Shown: piece by piece, positions 50,512 through 64,000 of the stretch | How positions within the stretch are numbered: the first letter of the stretch is position 1 | How the letters are laid out: the number at the start of each line of letters is the position of its first letter | NCBI RefSeq assembly: GCF_964204645.1 | Contig: NC_134027.1 | Coordinates: forward strand, 4,868,485-4,932,484 | DNA length: 64,000 nt | Source of the DNA: Tubulanus polymorphus | Lineage: Eukaryota; Animalia; Nemertea | Direction: 5' to 3' | The notes under the pieces: model-generated | Database searches by the model: none | Told to the model about the DNA's origin: nothing | What the model saw: only the letters and a program-made list of their open reading frames with translations | Translations under genes and position numbers: made by a program

Positions 50512-53500
50512 TATCTACGAGGAAGCACCCGCTGTTATGAGTATGGAAATATGGAAATGAAAAAAATCATATCTCTTACAGTTGTTATCTACTCATTTGT
50601 TCGTGTCAATCTTATTTCAATTTGATAACAATACACATATATTTGTAACCTAATGAAATCAATTTTTCGAAAGTTTCCGACGTATATTAGATTTGAAGTT
50701 GAATTGATGTCTAAAAAGAAACGTGCGTAGTATCGATTTAACCATTTCAAATATATATACAATATTGTAAAATAACACAATGGAATGATTCAGTAATATT
50801 GTTAGATATCATAAGATACATATCCGAAATAATCAATTCATCATCTCTCTATTTTGTCGTGAATAAAGTTTCTGGAAACGATTTTCATTTTGGTTTAACC
50901 TCGAATGAATGTTCTCATTACTCTAGATTGATATCCGTAGCGCCAACAGTAATTTTGACTTGTTGGTTAACTATACGTTGATGTTAAAAGAACCAACATT
51001 TTCTGCCAGGTATATCCGAAATTTGGGCTGTTGAAAATTGAATGGTTATGATTATTTATTTAACTGTTAGAAAAATATCGCTTTATAAACAGTTTACATT
51101 TCGAAATTCGCCATGACTTAGAAACGACGCACACGCCATATAATTTGAACATAACATCTACCGGAATTATTTTATAGTGTATTTCATATTTTTTGAATAA
51201 ATAAATTCTCGATTTTAAAATTCTTTTAATTTGTACATAGCTGGTTTTTATCCTATTATCTACCGGAAGTTTTAACGATCGATTGACAATGATGCCATCT
51301 ATTGGATTTTCAGTTCAACTCGTAGTGACCTCTAGTACGTATCTACCAATTACACTGCGCATTCGTAGCGTGATATTGTGGACTTTTTTTTATATGAGTT
51401 AACAACCGTTATCTTTATGTAGAATATTATGTTTCGTACAAATACATCTGATCGGGAACGGTTTAGAGTTTACTGACTAAGATAGCCATGCGCTGTTAGG
51501 TCTTTCTCGTCTCCCGTACACGATGCGGTCAGTTTTCGGTGAATCTTATGATTAGCAAGAAGAATACACTGATTTGCTTTCATTTAATACAATCTATTTC
51601 ACATTTCTGTTATTCTCTATTAATAACTGATAGATCATTCATCCTCTATACGCGCGGTAGGTCACATCAGATATTAATGAATCGATTGGGGGAAACATTA
51701 ATTCCCGGCCCGTTGGGAATTATCGAATAAGACGAATCCTCGTGTACGAGGAGATTAGCATTTCCACCTTCAAACCGATATGAAATGAAGACAGAGATTA
51801 TTATGACGGTAAAGTTTAATGCGCAGACGAATATCAATCTGACCTTTAACCCGCATCTTGTCACAGATTTCAAGAAGCCATTAGCCACGTTAATTACTCA
51901 GCTCAGTAATCCTGTTGAAGAATCAGCTATTTCAATTATGGTTTTGCAGTACATGTACCGTATCAGTTTGTCAAACAGTTCTTTCAACATACACACTTCA
52001 AAAGTCCGTTCTTTGAAATTAGTCACATACATCTCCATCGGTGCGATATTTTTCTTATCATTTTTTCAAGTGTTTCATCTATTGATATAGTTTATTCACA
52101 GAAATGTGACAACGGTTCTGATATAAGCAAACAATGATCGCATCTCAGATTTCGGGTTTTCATTCGTTCTTCGCTTATGCCGCTGGTGTGAATGAAATCG
52201 TGCGTGAAATAACAAGAAACTTTTCGGAAATGATTGAAAATTTTCAGGCGACGTTGTCTGGGAAGTGTATCGGGAACCGGCAATTTACCGTGTAAATGCG
52301 TGTCCAAGTGACGCATCAGTGGATTCGACAGTGAAGCGTTCCTCACCACAGACACATTTTAACCCGGGGCCAGATACCACGCGTCCAGTATTACACAAAT
52401 ATTCACGCAAAAAAGGTGTAATAAAAGCGCTCTATTTCATCAGAGTAAAAGTGTAGCAAACTTTCTCCAAGATAATGGCTATGGGTGATCAGGCGACAAT
52501 GTATCGGCAATAAACCACGAATAGCAGCTTACACCAGCCGATTTAGTACGCGATCCCCACATCCGGCAGAAGTTGGTCTCAGCTCATGTAACTTAATTCT
52601 AGAGGGACTAAAACGGCGCGTATCAAACATAATTCACTTCCTGTTTTGCTAAAAGCATCGAATCTGTTAATTCCCTCTCGACCACCAATGCGCTATTTAG
52701 ATGCTTAATAAAATTCTTCTTTCTCAAGTCGGGAAAATGCGATTTCCTTCCCATTTCCTGCGGATCTGTTTACCGGAAGTACTTGATCGGGCTTTTTCAT
52801 AGACAGCGATCACATGGCGAAATTGGAGGATAAAAACCAACTGTTTCCTCAGACAAATCGCCTCAATAGTAACAGAGTTCAGGGTCGAATTAACGACCAA
52901 CTCCATTAGACTATTGAAATAGCAGCCAGTTCTACAGTTGAGTAGAATAATTGTAACCAATCTGTTAGAATGACTATTCTGAAGTTTAAACATACAGTTT
53001 CCACACCAAACTCAAGGCTTCCTTTTAAATGTTTTTATTTCTTTGAAATCATAATTGACTGCGATCTTTTCAATTATTATCAAATACCATACATACATAT
53101 TTACACAATTAGACCTATTCGTCTAATAACTAATGATATATAACAGTTTGCACCTTTTCGATGAAGCACAATTAATCAATCTATTTTTTCGAAAGTTACT
53201 AACTCAACTGGGTACAACCGGTAAATTATACTAGTAACCAGAATCGTGTAGTTGCAATTCAATGCACAGAAACTTTTTATTTACAAACGACGAATAAACC
53301 AGAAAATCAAAATACACAATATTCGTAGTTTTCCACAATATAATTCCAATACGACTAAGCGGACTCTTCAAAACTAGTAAAACACTGAAATTTTAAAGGC
53401 GTTCTTTGAGCAAAAACGCTTACATTCTTAAGACTAACTTTGTGTACGTTTGATCATTTCTAAATCTACTTGGAATCTTAATTATTAGTATAATATGAAA

Positions 53501-53787
53501 TGCGGCAAATATTTATTCCGCTGTAATAGCACCAGTATATTTCCATGTACATTTCAATAAATGTTTTTCTTTATACAATGAACACATACATAATGAACCT
53601 CAAGGCTTCGGTCAAATCATCTCCTTTCATCAAAATCTCACCACACATCGAATTTACTTGAAATATATAATGACCACTGTACCCTCTTAATATGTGATAA
53701 CGAGGAGGTGACCATTTACAGTCCACGAGGTCAATACTTATTGTTCTCGCTGTTCACTCACTTAGAAGCGTCTTTTTTCTCCTCATG

Positions 53788-54897
53788 TCATTGAACAGAA
53801 ATCGTTTTAGTCGGCGAATGCGAACTGAATCGTGGCGATGGCAAATCGTCTAAATGCATCGGTGGCATCGGTACTGGTGAGAACATTGGTCCCGGAATGT
53901 ACGTAGGGAATGGAAATGCGGGCGCCGCGGGGTAATGCGGGCTCAAGGCGAGTGAACCCCAAAAATGTAAAGGGAGAATTGGTGACCGTTGACCGAATCC
54001 AGGACTAGAAAATAGAAACGGTGGTGATAAGGACTGACATCCACTTTTGTATAGAGCGTGTCTGTGGGGAGAGGAGAATGTATACAGTCCAGGTGAAGTG
54101 AAACTCGACTCGGACGCTAATGACGGCGGAATTGGAATCGGATACGGAACGTGTCGGCGACCGTGCAGATGTGACGTCAAAACCGATGGGGGCGAAGAAA
54201 GTCCAGCACTGCCGCGGTGTGTGTTAGAATCGGTGGATGAATTTAACGGAGAAGATAAACCGTGACTACTAGTGCTACTGTTCCTTCGATGAGCGGGTTC
54301 ACTATTCGGCGAGTTATACGGCGAAAAGCGTCGAGGACTTTTGGATCTACTGCGGTCCCGCGAACTCAAAGGCGTTTGTTCAGTTTTGCGAATCGTCGGA
54401 GATCTACCACGCGGTTGGAGCTCAGGCGAATGACTTTGTTGGCGGGTAGTAGAAGGTGGGCTGGACCTAGGCGCCGATACAAATGCGGAATGAGGAGACC
54501 AATGCCCGTGACTGCGCAATTCGTTGGACATTCCGGGTGATGTCAAACCGAACGGTAGTTTGTACTGTCCTTCGTTAGCTAAGCTCTCCATTTTTACTTT
54601 GAACGGAACCTTATTCTCCGTTTTGATGACTTCGGGGAACGACACGAATTTGTACACGAATTTCTGTCCCATCACTTTTTTGATGATGTTCTTGTCGTAG
54701 TAATATCGCAACGCGCGGCTTAATTTATCGTAGTTCATATTACGTTTGTTTTTTCGCATTCCCCACAATCGCGCTACATCTTCTGCGTTGAGCAATTTAA
54801 ATTCTCCTTCGTTGTTGGTCCACTGTATGATATGTGTATATTGATTACTGAGCAATAACTCCAACAGAAACTGCCACAACGTTATATTTGATTCCAT
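53788..54897 (-). CDS. ELK: ELK/TCF-subfamily ETS transcription factor, single coding exon
   Basis: N-terminal ETS domain [60 protein letters not shown]-site-like [11 protein letters not shown]-box [11 protein letters not shown], and FxFP (FPFP) ERK docking site. Acceptor cttacag|GAATG lies just before the ATG, so the ORF-track extension to 54936 is intronic. Confidence 0.93.
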   Translation of the reverse strand: MESNITLWQFLLELLLSNQYTHIIQWTNNEGEFKLLNAEDVARLWGMRKNKRNMNYDKLSRALRYYYDKNIIKKVMGQKFVYKFVSFPEVIKTENKVPFKVKMESLANEGQYKLPFGLTSPGMSNELRSHGHWSPHSAFVSAPRSSPPSTTRQQSHSPELQPRGRSPTIRKTEQTPLSSRDRSRSKSPRRFSPYNSPNSEPAHRRNSSTSSHGLSSPLNSSTDSNTHRGSAGLSSPPSVLTSHLHGRRHVPYPIPIPPSLASESSFTSPGLYTFSSPHRHALYKSGCQSLSPPFLFSSPGFGQRSPILPLHFWGSLALSPHYPAAPAFPFPTYIPGPMFSPVPMPPMHLDDLPSPRFSSHSPTKTISVQ

Positions 54898-56793
54898 TCC
54901 TGTAAGACACGAAAATAAAGAACGTTTAGTTATCAACGATATTCATATATAAAGTCTATCAACGGTTGACGCACAAAAACAAATGCATTAAATAGTCCAA
55001 TTGGCAGATGCTAACAATATTGTATAGATGCGGGCACCGATCTATAATCAACTGGTTGAATATCACACCAAATAAGAAGGCACTCCGTAAAACGAATCCC
55101 AAATAGCACTTCAGCGCAGCATGTGCCGGATGAAGGCCGCATCCTTTTGTTAATTCATTTACAAAAGGACTTACTCGAATGAAACCCTTTCAACGCAAGA
55201 CCGCCGAGTGCGACATACGCGTGCTTCAATGACCAAAAAACTGTGTATATATTTTTCCTAGTTTTTGAGAGGCTAGCAGAAGCGTCTATCAAAAATGGTG
55301 AGATAGTCGTGTGTTTACTTAGATGCTCTAAAGCCCGCGTCTGCCCGCGGACAAAACAATGATATACAGCTTGCAACTTGAGATCCTTTTCAGCCCATTA
55401 GAAGCCATTTAAATGACTGCGCTGTCATTTGAACTAGTTCACACTCCTGTGATGAGAATAGGGGCAAGCCTGTTCCCAATGACCGCTGTATCAGATGTGA
55501 TTGAAGGAGCACTCTTGACAATCCTTAAATGTGCACATCTGTTATTTTTCGTAGTATAACTCTTCGTATGGTAAATAATACAACAACGAGATATTGAAAT
55601 AAAAAACAACGTGCGACAGATTAAAAAAAAAACAGTAAAAATATAGCAAAGCTAGTTTCGCTTCAAACGACATTCCACCCGAAATTATTACAGTAAATTG
55701 GTTTCAGAGTTCTATAATCAATAACAAATACAGTTAGACGATAGTAATTACCTAAGGGAAGAGTCGATCTCATAAGCTGACCAGTTACTGCTGGTAACAT
55801 GTCACACATGGTGAAATATATACTTATAAACACATTCTACAAATATCTCGTGGAATATCGACACTTTAAGAAATTAATCCCTGTCCAAAGTCTAATATTT
55901 TGCGCACCAGAGAACGTGCTGTAAATTCGTTCTCAAACTACTGTCAACTGTTTCAGCGTTTTACATACAGATGATATCTAGCCTTGCAAGTTGTTAATAA
56001 CTTCCGTGATGAATGTCGATTCAAAACACAACTCGCACTAAACTATAGAGCTTTTGTACACAATTCCTATGCTTCATAGGGATCCGAATGAAGAAAGTCG
56101 TCTTTCGAAGCTTTATGATCTTGATATTTTGAGTCGATGAACTTATATATCGTCGCCTACCCATGATGCCTCGCGATGGAGACGGATATTGTTTGATTTG
56201 ATGAGAGGAGTAGAGATCACAATACCTCGGGGCAGCACACGCGTTAGGTTACTAATCCTACGAGGGATTAGAGCAGATACCGATATTAATCTAGCTAGAT
56301 TAAATTGTTATATTCCGATATTTAATAACTGTTTGATTTACTTTCGAAGATGGGTTTCGTCATTAACTATTGATTTTAGTCAATAAGTTTCGGCGATCAC
56401 CGACTCCCTGGAGTATTAACACAACAATTTTCACCACTTGAAAAGAGAAAGCCTCGAAAGCCTAAACTCAAAAGAATTAACTCCGAGTAGATATTCACTC
56501 AAACTTTGAACGGATAACTAAAAAAAATGAGTATCATTTTAACTTAGCGCATTCCGCCACGGAGAAAAGTCGTTTCTTTTCTGAATAAACATGAGAGATC
56601 AACGGATGGTTGGTCCCGCCAGATATTTATGAATATTTCGCCGGTTTATGTTGGTAGAAAAAAACGTAAGAACAGCCGAGAACTGTAATGTCAAGATGCG
56701 GAAATGAAAATGTTATTTCCCTTTAAAGATGGCAAGATATTAAACCCTATTGCAGGAAATTAAAAATAAATCTTCTGCTTGCTCAATGGCTAG

Positions 56794-56941
56794 TTATATA
56801 AGCTCTTCCTGTTACTGAACCAGCACCGCAAGCGGAAGTGGGTACTTCAATTCGGTGTCTGTCTTTTGGGGCGCTTGCAGCAATAAAACAACTAATCTCC
56901 AAACAAAGGGAGACTTTTCTCACTTCCTCCCTCTCCGGGAA
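56794..56941 (-). promoter_or_regulatory. Candidate ELK promoter: TATA box with ETS-site cluster
   Basis: TTATATAA at 56794-56801; ACAGGAAG (56805-56812, -), GCGGAAGTG (56832-56840), CACTTCCT (56921-56928). Candidate downstream donor AG|gtaatt at 55752. Confidence 0.45.
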
Positions 56942-58915
56942 GATTAGATTGCACAGCGAAGCTCGAGATCCTCTGTCACCACAGAGTTTCTCCCTGTTTG
57001 ATGATTGTAAGCGGTTCGTTGGTATTGACCCGAACACGTGTATGATTACATTAGTAGATTAATATGAACTTAAGACATTGCTTCCTACAAACAGATTTTG
57101 CTCAGAACATAGACATGGAGTCATTCATGAGATTCTTTTTTTTCGACATAACTGCCGAAGTTTGGAGGAATTACGATATTCATATTACAACTTATTGCTA
57201 TTATCTTCATACAAATTTCAAATTTAAATCCTAAGACGTCATCATTATACCTGACCGGTTAGCACCAGTCTAGGTCATCGGTTGTAAGGTAAATGCACCC
57301 GAAAACCTCGACGCTAAACACGTTTCAACGGGTTTTTCAAATTGTGGTCGAATTTTATCGATAAACAAGTATCAATGGGCCCGCATATTACCAAAAACGG
57401 CCAAGCCGCATCTGCACAGAAAGTAACGGGCTATTCAATCATTGTGTTCTTAAGAAGTCTTTTTATACCTTTTGATTTTGGACTGGTGATCCTTGAATTG
57501 GCCACATCCGCCTCTGGTGACGTATCGCCCATCTTACAATATCCAGTTCCGCAATTATCTGAAAGATTAAAATCATTGAATAAGATATCCAGATTCTGTT
57601 AGTCTTATTACGTTTAATATTAGTCGCTTATATTGCATCGTGGAGTCTTATTTTATATTTGACTGATTTTTAAAGAATTTTTTGATGTTGTTTTTTTGAA
57701 CTGATGTCATTCAATCAAAAAAGACATTCACGCCGATGTCTAGATATTCTTTTGCGCATTTTTAAACGTCTTTATTCCAAAATGAAATATTCAAAACGCT
57801 TGAAACTAGCGGTGAATGTTTTGTAGAAAAAAGTTCGCTGCGGTTATCGCGTTGGAGCTGAAGGAGCTGATTCCCACGCTACTGAATAAACGAGTCCTTG
57901 GGCCTTGTTCACTTTATCATAATAAAATTTACGAATCTTTTGTTGGGCGTGAAAAACCTGATATTAGATTATGTGGGTCGAGCGTGGCGTGAGCATCTAA
58001 ATAATCAGTGACTAGTTCGTTCGGTATTCGACTTGTGACCGCCAAACCACCCACGCGTCATCTTCACCACAATTATAAATGAACTTATCTTCGGACATGT
58101 GATGTAATATGAAAAAATCTCACTAAACTTACCTTCCATAAACGTCATTCAAACTTGAAAGGCTTTCTAAGATATGCGCTAATCTGTCAAAAAGAAAATT
58201 GAAGATATGAAATGCGGTGTTCAAAGAAACAAATCAAAAAATAAAATTGTTTCCAAATGCGGATCCCGTAGCCACTGAATCACAAAAAGCTATTGTTACA
58301 TAGACAAAATTGCAGTGATACTTCTTAATATCAACCAAAACGTAGGAAGGTTTGGGAATAACCAGGAAGTTTATAAAGGAGGTTATCTTGAGGTAGTTTA
58401 CCCTAACATAATTATGTGTCTGATAACAATTATTTCAGGGGGCGGCAAATGCCGGTGACAGAGGGCCGGAAAAAATTTTTACGACCTAAGCACATTTTTT
58501 TTTACGCCGGACGAAAAGATGAACGATCAATGCGTTGTTTCTTAGATAAATACCTTCGTTGACATAAAAGTATCAATCACAAAATAACCGACATTATAGA
58601 AGAACCAACATTTGAAAAATACATTAAGAAAACATCCTACTAAGACCGTTTAGTAAAAAGGGAACAAGCTCGAATACGTATATGATTATTATGATAACCA
58701 TGTAAATGTATATACATATATTTATGTTTAATAATAACTAAATAGGTTTCAAATTACCTAATTACCTATATGTTCATTCGTTCATTCATGATAGTAGACT
58801 GCACTAGAGGTTATACTCCATATAGCGTATAGAGAGAAACTGCATTCCATCCGTGTTCTCTGCTCATCACGTCTAACTGCCCCGGATATTATTAATGACG
58901 GTCATTGCGTCACTG

Positions 58916-58982
58916 TGACGTCACGAATAGCGGTATCAACACGGGGAAACCCGGGATTGGAATTTGACCTGACGTGACGTCA
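58916..58982. promoter_or_regulatory. CRE / NF-kB-like motif cluster upstream of ELK
   Basis: Two perfect TGACGTCA (58916-58923, 58975-58982) flank GGGGAAACCC (58943-58952). Confidence 0.45.
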
Positions 58983-61900
58983 TCAATCCGTTTTGTATTT
59001 TATGCAGTCGACCCGCTTTAGGAGGTATTCATGAATAATGATGGCCGAATTACTGTTCTAAATAAGGCTCGTTCGGAATCAACCCACGCTTTCAATTGTC
59101 ATTTTTCCATGCGTTATATCACGCGGAAGCTAAAACATTTTTTTGGATTGTGATATAAATAGATGAATGCCTACGCAAGTACGGGAAGAGATGTCCGACC
59201 ATGGGGCAAATCAAGTTATTTCCTAAAATTTAGACATTTCGTCTGTACAGCTAGGCAGGGCTATCGTGAATACTTCCGATTTGAAAGGAGAACGCTTTTG
59301 GTATTTCAGTTTCTGCTGAGAAGGGCGCCGGTTGATATCTAAATACTAACTAGGCTCATGACAACCGACAACTTACGCAATATAAATCAAAGTCGGATCT
59401 CACTTTCGTCTGAACGAAATTTTTTCCGCGGACTCTGAATAGTATTTTCTTTGAACTATCAATATCAACAATAGGCCCAATAATCGCTAATCATTAGGTT
59501 ATTATATAACTGTGGCGTTGCTAGGTGTATTGGACAGACGACAATGCCATTCAGCTATCTTTGAGGGCGTTATCAGGGCAATTAACGCTTGTTTAGTGAG
59601 AAAAGATTGCGGGGCTAATTGGCACTAAGCACAATTAAATTTTATGTTTGACCACGAGAACAAATTTAATCCTGACCGCAATAATTGAGACCTAATCGTC
59701 GATATATCTGCGTAGTAACGCGCTCATTTACTTCCTGTGTAGTTAATTAATCACCAGTACGCTTATTAAAGAAATTTCATGGTTCCCGCCAGACTGTCTT
59801 GCATTGTTAGACAAATATTCTGATGTGTGGTAAGAACCAGCAAAGTTCATCCTCCGATACTACATAACCGCTTGTTTCTGCATAGAATTAAACGTGTTTG
59901 CTCCGTTTTGCATAGTAGCATCAGACATATATCGGATAAAAAATCTGTCTAAGTCATTGTTATCAATTGAACTAATCTATATATTGTCGCTGCTGCCCCA
60001 AAAAAATATCCCAGCCGTTAGGAACCATTATCACCCGACAATAAGATGTTCTAACCGGACACGGGTTCCCGACCGTCATGAGAAAAACAAGATCCTATTG
60101 ACAAATATCGAGCACGGGGGACAACAATAAACGGCGGCGGAGTTGATACCCGCCTGACAACCGTGAATCTATAGTGCACTTGACTATGACAAGTGTCCGC
60201 CTTGTTACTATCAACCTGTTGCCGACTGAACAGACGACGCTGTCACGTGACCGCGTGATCAACCGAAACGGATGGTTGATCCGCGTTTACATTATTGCGT
60301 CGATTTCTGTTGTTCGTAACATGCACTCTCTCCGAGACGCGAAACACTTCGAAAAAATATTCAAAACATATTCGAAAAGTATTTTCCAAATAGTATGCGC
60401 AATGATGGCCCAATTGGAAAATCTAAACACTCAGCGCAATCATAAATTCAGATTTGACTATATATATTTTGAATTCAGATCATTCTTATCAAATATCTTA
60501 TTCTTTATTAGATTCAAATCATTCTTTTTTAAGTTGATAGAAAAATACCGTTATACATACGCGGAGTGATGGATAATGTTACTACCGGATGTGTATACGC
60601 CATTACTGAGATTTCTGGCCCATAGCAACAATAATCATGATTTTTCACGACAATACAATTTAAACCGGTTTTTTATGTAAGCGTTTATTTCCGTTAAGTT
60701 TCCGAACAGGCAAACGAGACGAACTTGGTGACCGATCCGTTAGTCGCCTACTCAACTCCGTGCGAAAAATCAGCGAAATATCAATTCGGGTAAAAGAATA
60801 AACTATTATCCCACTGATTAATACTAATCATTTGAAGGCGCGATGAGTGCCGCAACTACTTAATACTCCATTATATTGATATTTCTAAAAGTCTCAGTTA
60901 TGTAATATATTGCCTTTCAATTAAATTGATATCAAACAAATAATTCAATTGGTTTGGTTCAATCGGGTCACTTATGTACGCGAGCAAAATATCGTTTCAA
61001 ATCAAAACATATTCGGCATAAACAGCACCACTTCTAAAACATAGCGATTCCTAAAGAATGCCGAGTATTCCTCAAGTCAACAGTAGTATCTTTGATAATC
61101 GTCCGGAACTATGGCTCACAGTAGGGCGCACGTCGGAAGTTATACCGTGTTCCAACCTCTGGAATTCGGTCAAGTTGAAGACATATATATCTATTCATTT
61201 AAACTCTCCATACGCACTTTTAAGGTTGTAATTTTGATACATTCATATCTGGAATATCTGAAATTCTGTAACCGTTTTCTTTTTCATACGATAATACAGT
61301 TACTCACTGGACAACTATCTTTGGTGAACTGGGCGATGAACTTACGGCGGATAACAAGAATGAGAACCGCACTGAACCGCTTCGGTTACCGCGATAGCAT
61401 AAATTTTTATGTGGTATCCCTAAAATGGCAATAAAAACTTTGAAAAATCCAATGGTCGGTTAATCCGCTTTCAGATAAGTTTTAAAACGATGCCTTGTCA
61501 CCAATCTTATCTAATGTGGCGTAATACCTTTATCACGATTGTAATCTTTCATTAATCTGAATGTATACATATATAATTCACGCTAGATACGGTAAGTAGA
61601 GAGGACACGTGTCCAATGTGATCTGTGACATCAGGAATATGAAATGTATCGAGGCAGGTAAATATAAATATATAAAAATGCGGATTACTTCATTAAAACC
61701 GCAAAGGATGAACTGAAATTTTTTCAAATGGTTTTTATGCGATCATTTTTCAGAAATCTGCACGACTTAATTCAATAGTGTCAATTTATCAAAAAATTTC
61801 TCTGCGTAGATATAGAAGGCATACATAAAACATGGACCTATATACCGCTGGAGAAGATGCCACTTCCCAATGCCTAAAATGCGCGCGTATCACCGACAAA

Positions 61901-63370
61901 AAATATTGTTTACGATATCTTAAATATACAAATAACTTTGATTCTATATAGTTTATGACATTTGCTACTAATTGTTGAATCTTGATGAAATTACACGAGA
62001 TTCCTACTTACTTCGCCGTTATTTCAAAAAACTGACCACTGCGACAAGACTGCGCAAGCGCGTATTTTGCATGGATAAAATTAAAAAATTAAAATGAAAC
62101 GCACTTACCAATAGAAATGAATAAAAGTGGTTTAATCCGTATCCAAGTGCAAACAAATTCGTTGAAGTCAACTTTAAAAATATTTTCTGCCTTCCCAGCT
62201 GTTCAATGGTAACTTGACAGGATGGTGGTCATGATTGGAAATGGCAATCACAGCGCGTGCACTTGCATTTTACCCGAGACCGGATATTCGGGGCATCACC
62301 ATCTTATGACGTCACATGAGTCTGGCTGAATGGCATTCCCATGCATGGTGACCCCGTCATCAGACTAACGGAAGTATTTAGGCTATCACTGCCTTTTGTG
62401 TCGGTCTTCATCTTGTGCCCGCGATTATGCGTAGAACTCGTGTTATCAATGGGTGATCATTTCTACACAATAGATCTGGGCGGTTTGGTCGTTGCCGCCC
62501 AGGGAACTATTTAACTTAGTAACACCGCATGGAGAACAGGTCCTCTTGTATTCTCGTGTCTTTTACAATAAACACCGGAGGCTACAATAAAATAAAGTCG
62601 TTATTTCCCGGACGCGCGCGAATTGCAACGGATCTTCTAAATCGGCGCGATTCAACAGGTCTCCGAGTCCACGGTAACTCGCAACATAAACATTTACGAA
62701 AAGGTTTCAACCGAAGTATTTGATCTTTGATCTTATTTTTGAACGTTCGCGAGCCTAACATTATTTTGTTATTATGCCGTAGGTGAGAATTCCTATGCAT
62801 AAAGTACAGCACTTGAAAAATTGAACTATTCGCACGAGCTACGGATTTCGTCAGTTCTTGCCACTGAATTTTCACTACTGCAAAAAGCTTAGCAAAACCG
62901 GGAGCCGTTGAATGCGAATGGAAATTTACGGTTGTAGTTGATTTATCACCCTCAATAAGTATCCCCCAAGGTAAAAATCTATCATGCTTAAAATCCCCCC
63001 GAAATTCAGTTTTCTATCAAAACCAGAGTATAAAACCAAGATAAAAACTAGATGATACTTTTCACAACAATATTTAGGAATACATATGTACGTAGATATT
63101 GTATTATTACTTTCCAATTGTATCTCTTCATGGAGATTTTCAAAAATACGATAATGACATTTTGATGAATGTAGCTAGCTTGAAGTCACAGATTATCCAA
63201 GATGAATAATGTGACCAATGCAACGGAGAATTTAAAATTTTTTTATTCAATCAGTTTTTAAACGTAAGAACTTTGAAATATCTTCAAGTGAATTCAAATT
63301 TTGGGAAATTTAACCAGGGATAATTTTGACTTACCAAAAAGTACACATTATAGTTACACTACAAAAAAAG

Positions 63371-63598
63371 CAGAGGCGGATCCAGGAATAAAGGGGTTCC
63401 CTAAAAATCCAAGCGTACTTGGTACATGGACGCGAGCGCCTTAGACGCTGAGTTCTGAAGATGGTTTGGGGGCCCAAGAAAATTCAATCCATGAGTGATT
63501 TTAGAACAAAATGACCGGCAATAACTTGCCACTGTGTAACTTTCGTTGTGAAAAAGTTATTTTGGCAAAAAATCGGGAGGATCTTGGAACCGCCCCTG
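63371..63598. mobile_element. Degenerate MITE related in termini to the 2885 element
   Basis: CAGAGGCGGATCCAGG ... CTTGGAACCGCCCCTG; flanks AAAAG / AAGAG (4 of 5 match). Confidence 0.6.
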
Positions 63599-63806
63599 AA
63601 GAGGTTTATGTATTTGCGACTTTCATGAACAGTTCATTTAAGATTTATTATAATCACCGGACATCAGACACCAAACAGGCCTTCGAAAAATGCAGATCTT
63701 CGTGCAAGGTACTTAGAGCCGTGTGTCAAGAATGCTTTATAAGATGCAAAAATAAATTATCTCGTTGGTTTGGACATGGCACGCGCAGGTAGTCACAAAT
63801 TACTTA

Positions 63807-63893
63807 CGCCCGAAAGGTGGAATTGAACCACTCTGACGCTAGTCAGCTACAGGTTTGAAGCCTGCACCCCAGACCACTGAGGATCATCCGGGC
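63807..63893 (-). tRNA. TRU-TCA: tRNA-Sec (selenocysteine, anticodon UCA)
   Basis: 87 nt GCCCGGATGATCCTCAGTGGTCTGGGGTGCAGGCTTCAAACCTGTAGCTGACTAGCGTCAGAGTGGTTCAATTCCACCTTTCGGGCG. It has a TCA anticodon, long variable arm and G73, and matches vertebrate tRNA-Sec as recalled except one variable-arm pair. Confidence 0.98.
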
Positions 63894-63917
63894 ACTCTAC
63901 CACTCGCGTCACCACCG

Positions 63918-63959
63918 TTAAATAGGTGTTGTTTTATGTACTCTTTACAAACACGGTAT
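63918..63959 (-). promoter_or_regulatory. Gene-external Pol III promoter of tRNA-Sec (TATA + PSE)
   Basis: TATTTAA at -31..-25 and ATACCGTGTTTGTAAAGAG at about -66..-48, the spacing and ACCGT core of snRNA-type PSEs. A T5 run ~55 nt downstream (63748-63752) is a candidate terminator. Confidence 0.7.
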
Positions 63960-64000
63960 ATACCCGGTAACCCAATTTATTTAGATGACATGACAGCTGT

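Noticed and set aside
1-64000. Selenoprotein gene or SECIS linked to the tRNA-Sec
   Set aside because: No in-frame TGA within conserved coding regions was noticed, and no SECIS could be supported by eye.

Overview
AT-rich, intron-containing animal DNA, not bacterial. It is most consistent with a compact lophotrochozoan-type invertebrate genome, but that placement is inference. In order: the 3' end of an unidentified + strand gene built from ~205-bp repeated exon/intron units, ending in a 70-bp minisatellite; a - strand allatostatin-A/buccalin-type neuropeptide precursor whose signal-peptide exon lies ~9 kb upstream of the peptide exon; HROB (C17orf53/MCM8IP, -); PMPCB (mitochondrial processing peptidase beta, -); a divergently transcribed PTP99A-like receptor tyrosine phosphatase (Cys-less Ig + 4 FN3 + TM + D1 + D2, +); three tandem intronless orphan rhodopsin-class GPCRs (-), two from a recent 2643-bp duplication; an ELK/TCF-class ETS factor (-); and a tRNA-Sec gene with upstream TATA and PSE (-). 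Several short non-autonomous DNA transposons with readable TSDs are present, including two 23-29 bp hairpins flanked by 7-bp TSDs that resemble P-type excision footprints. No wholly new multi-gene system is demonstrable from sequence alone. Exon boundaries were read by eye.
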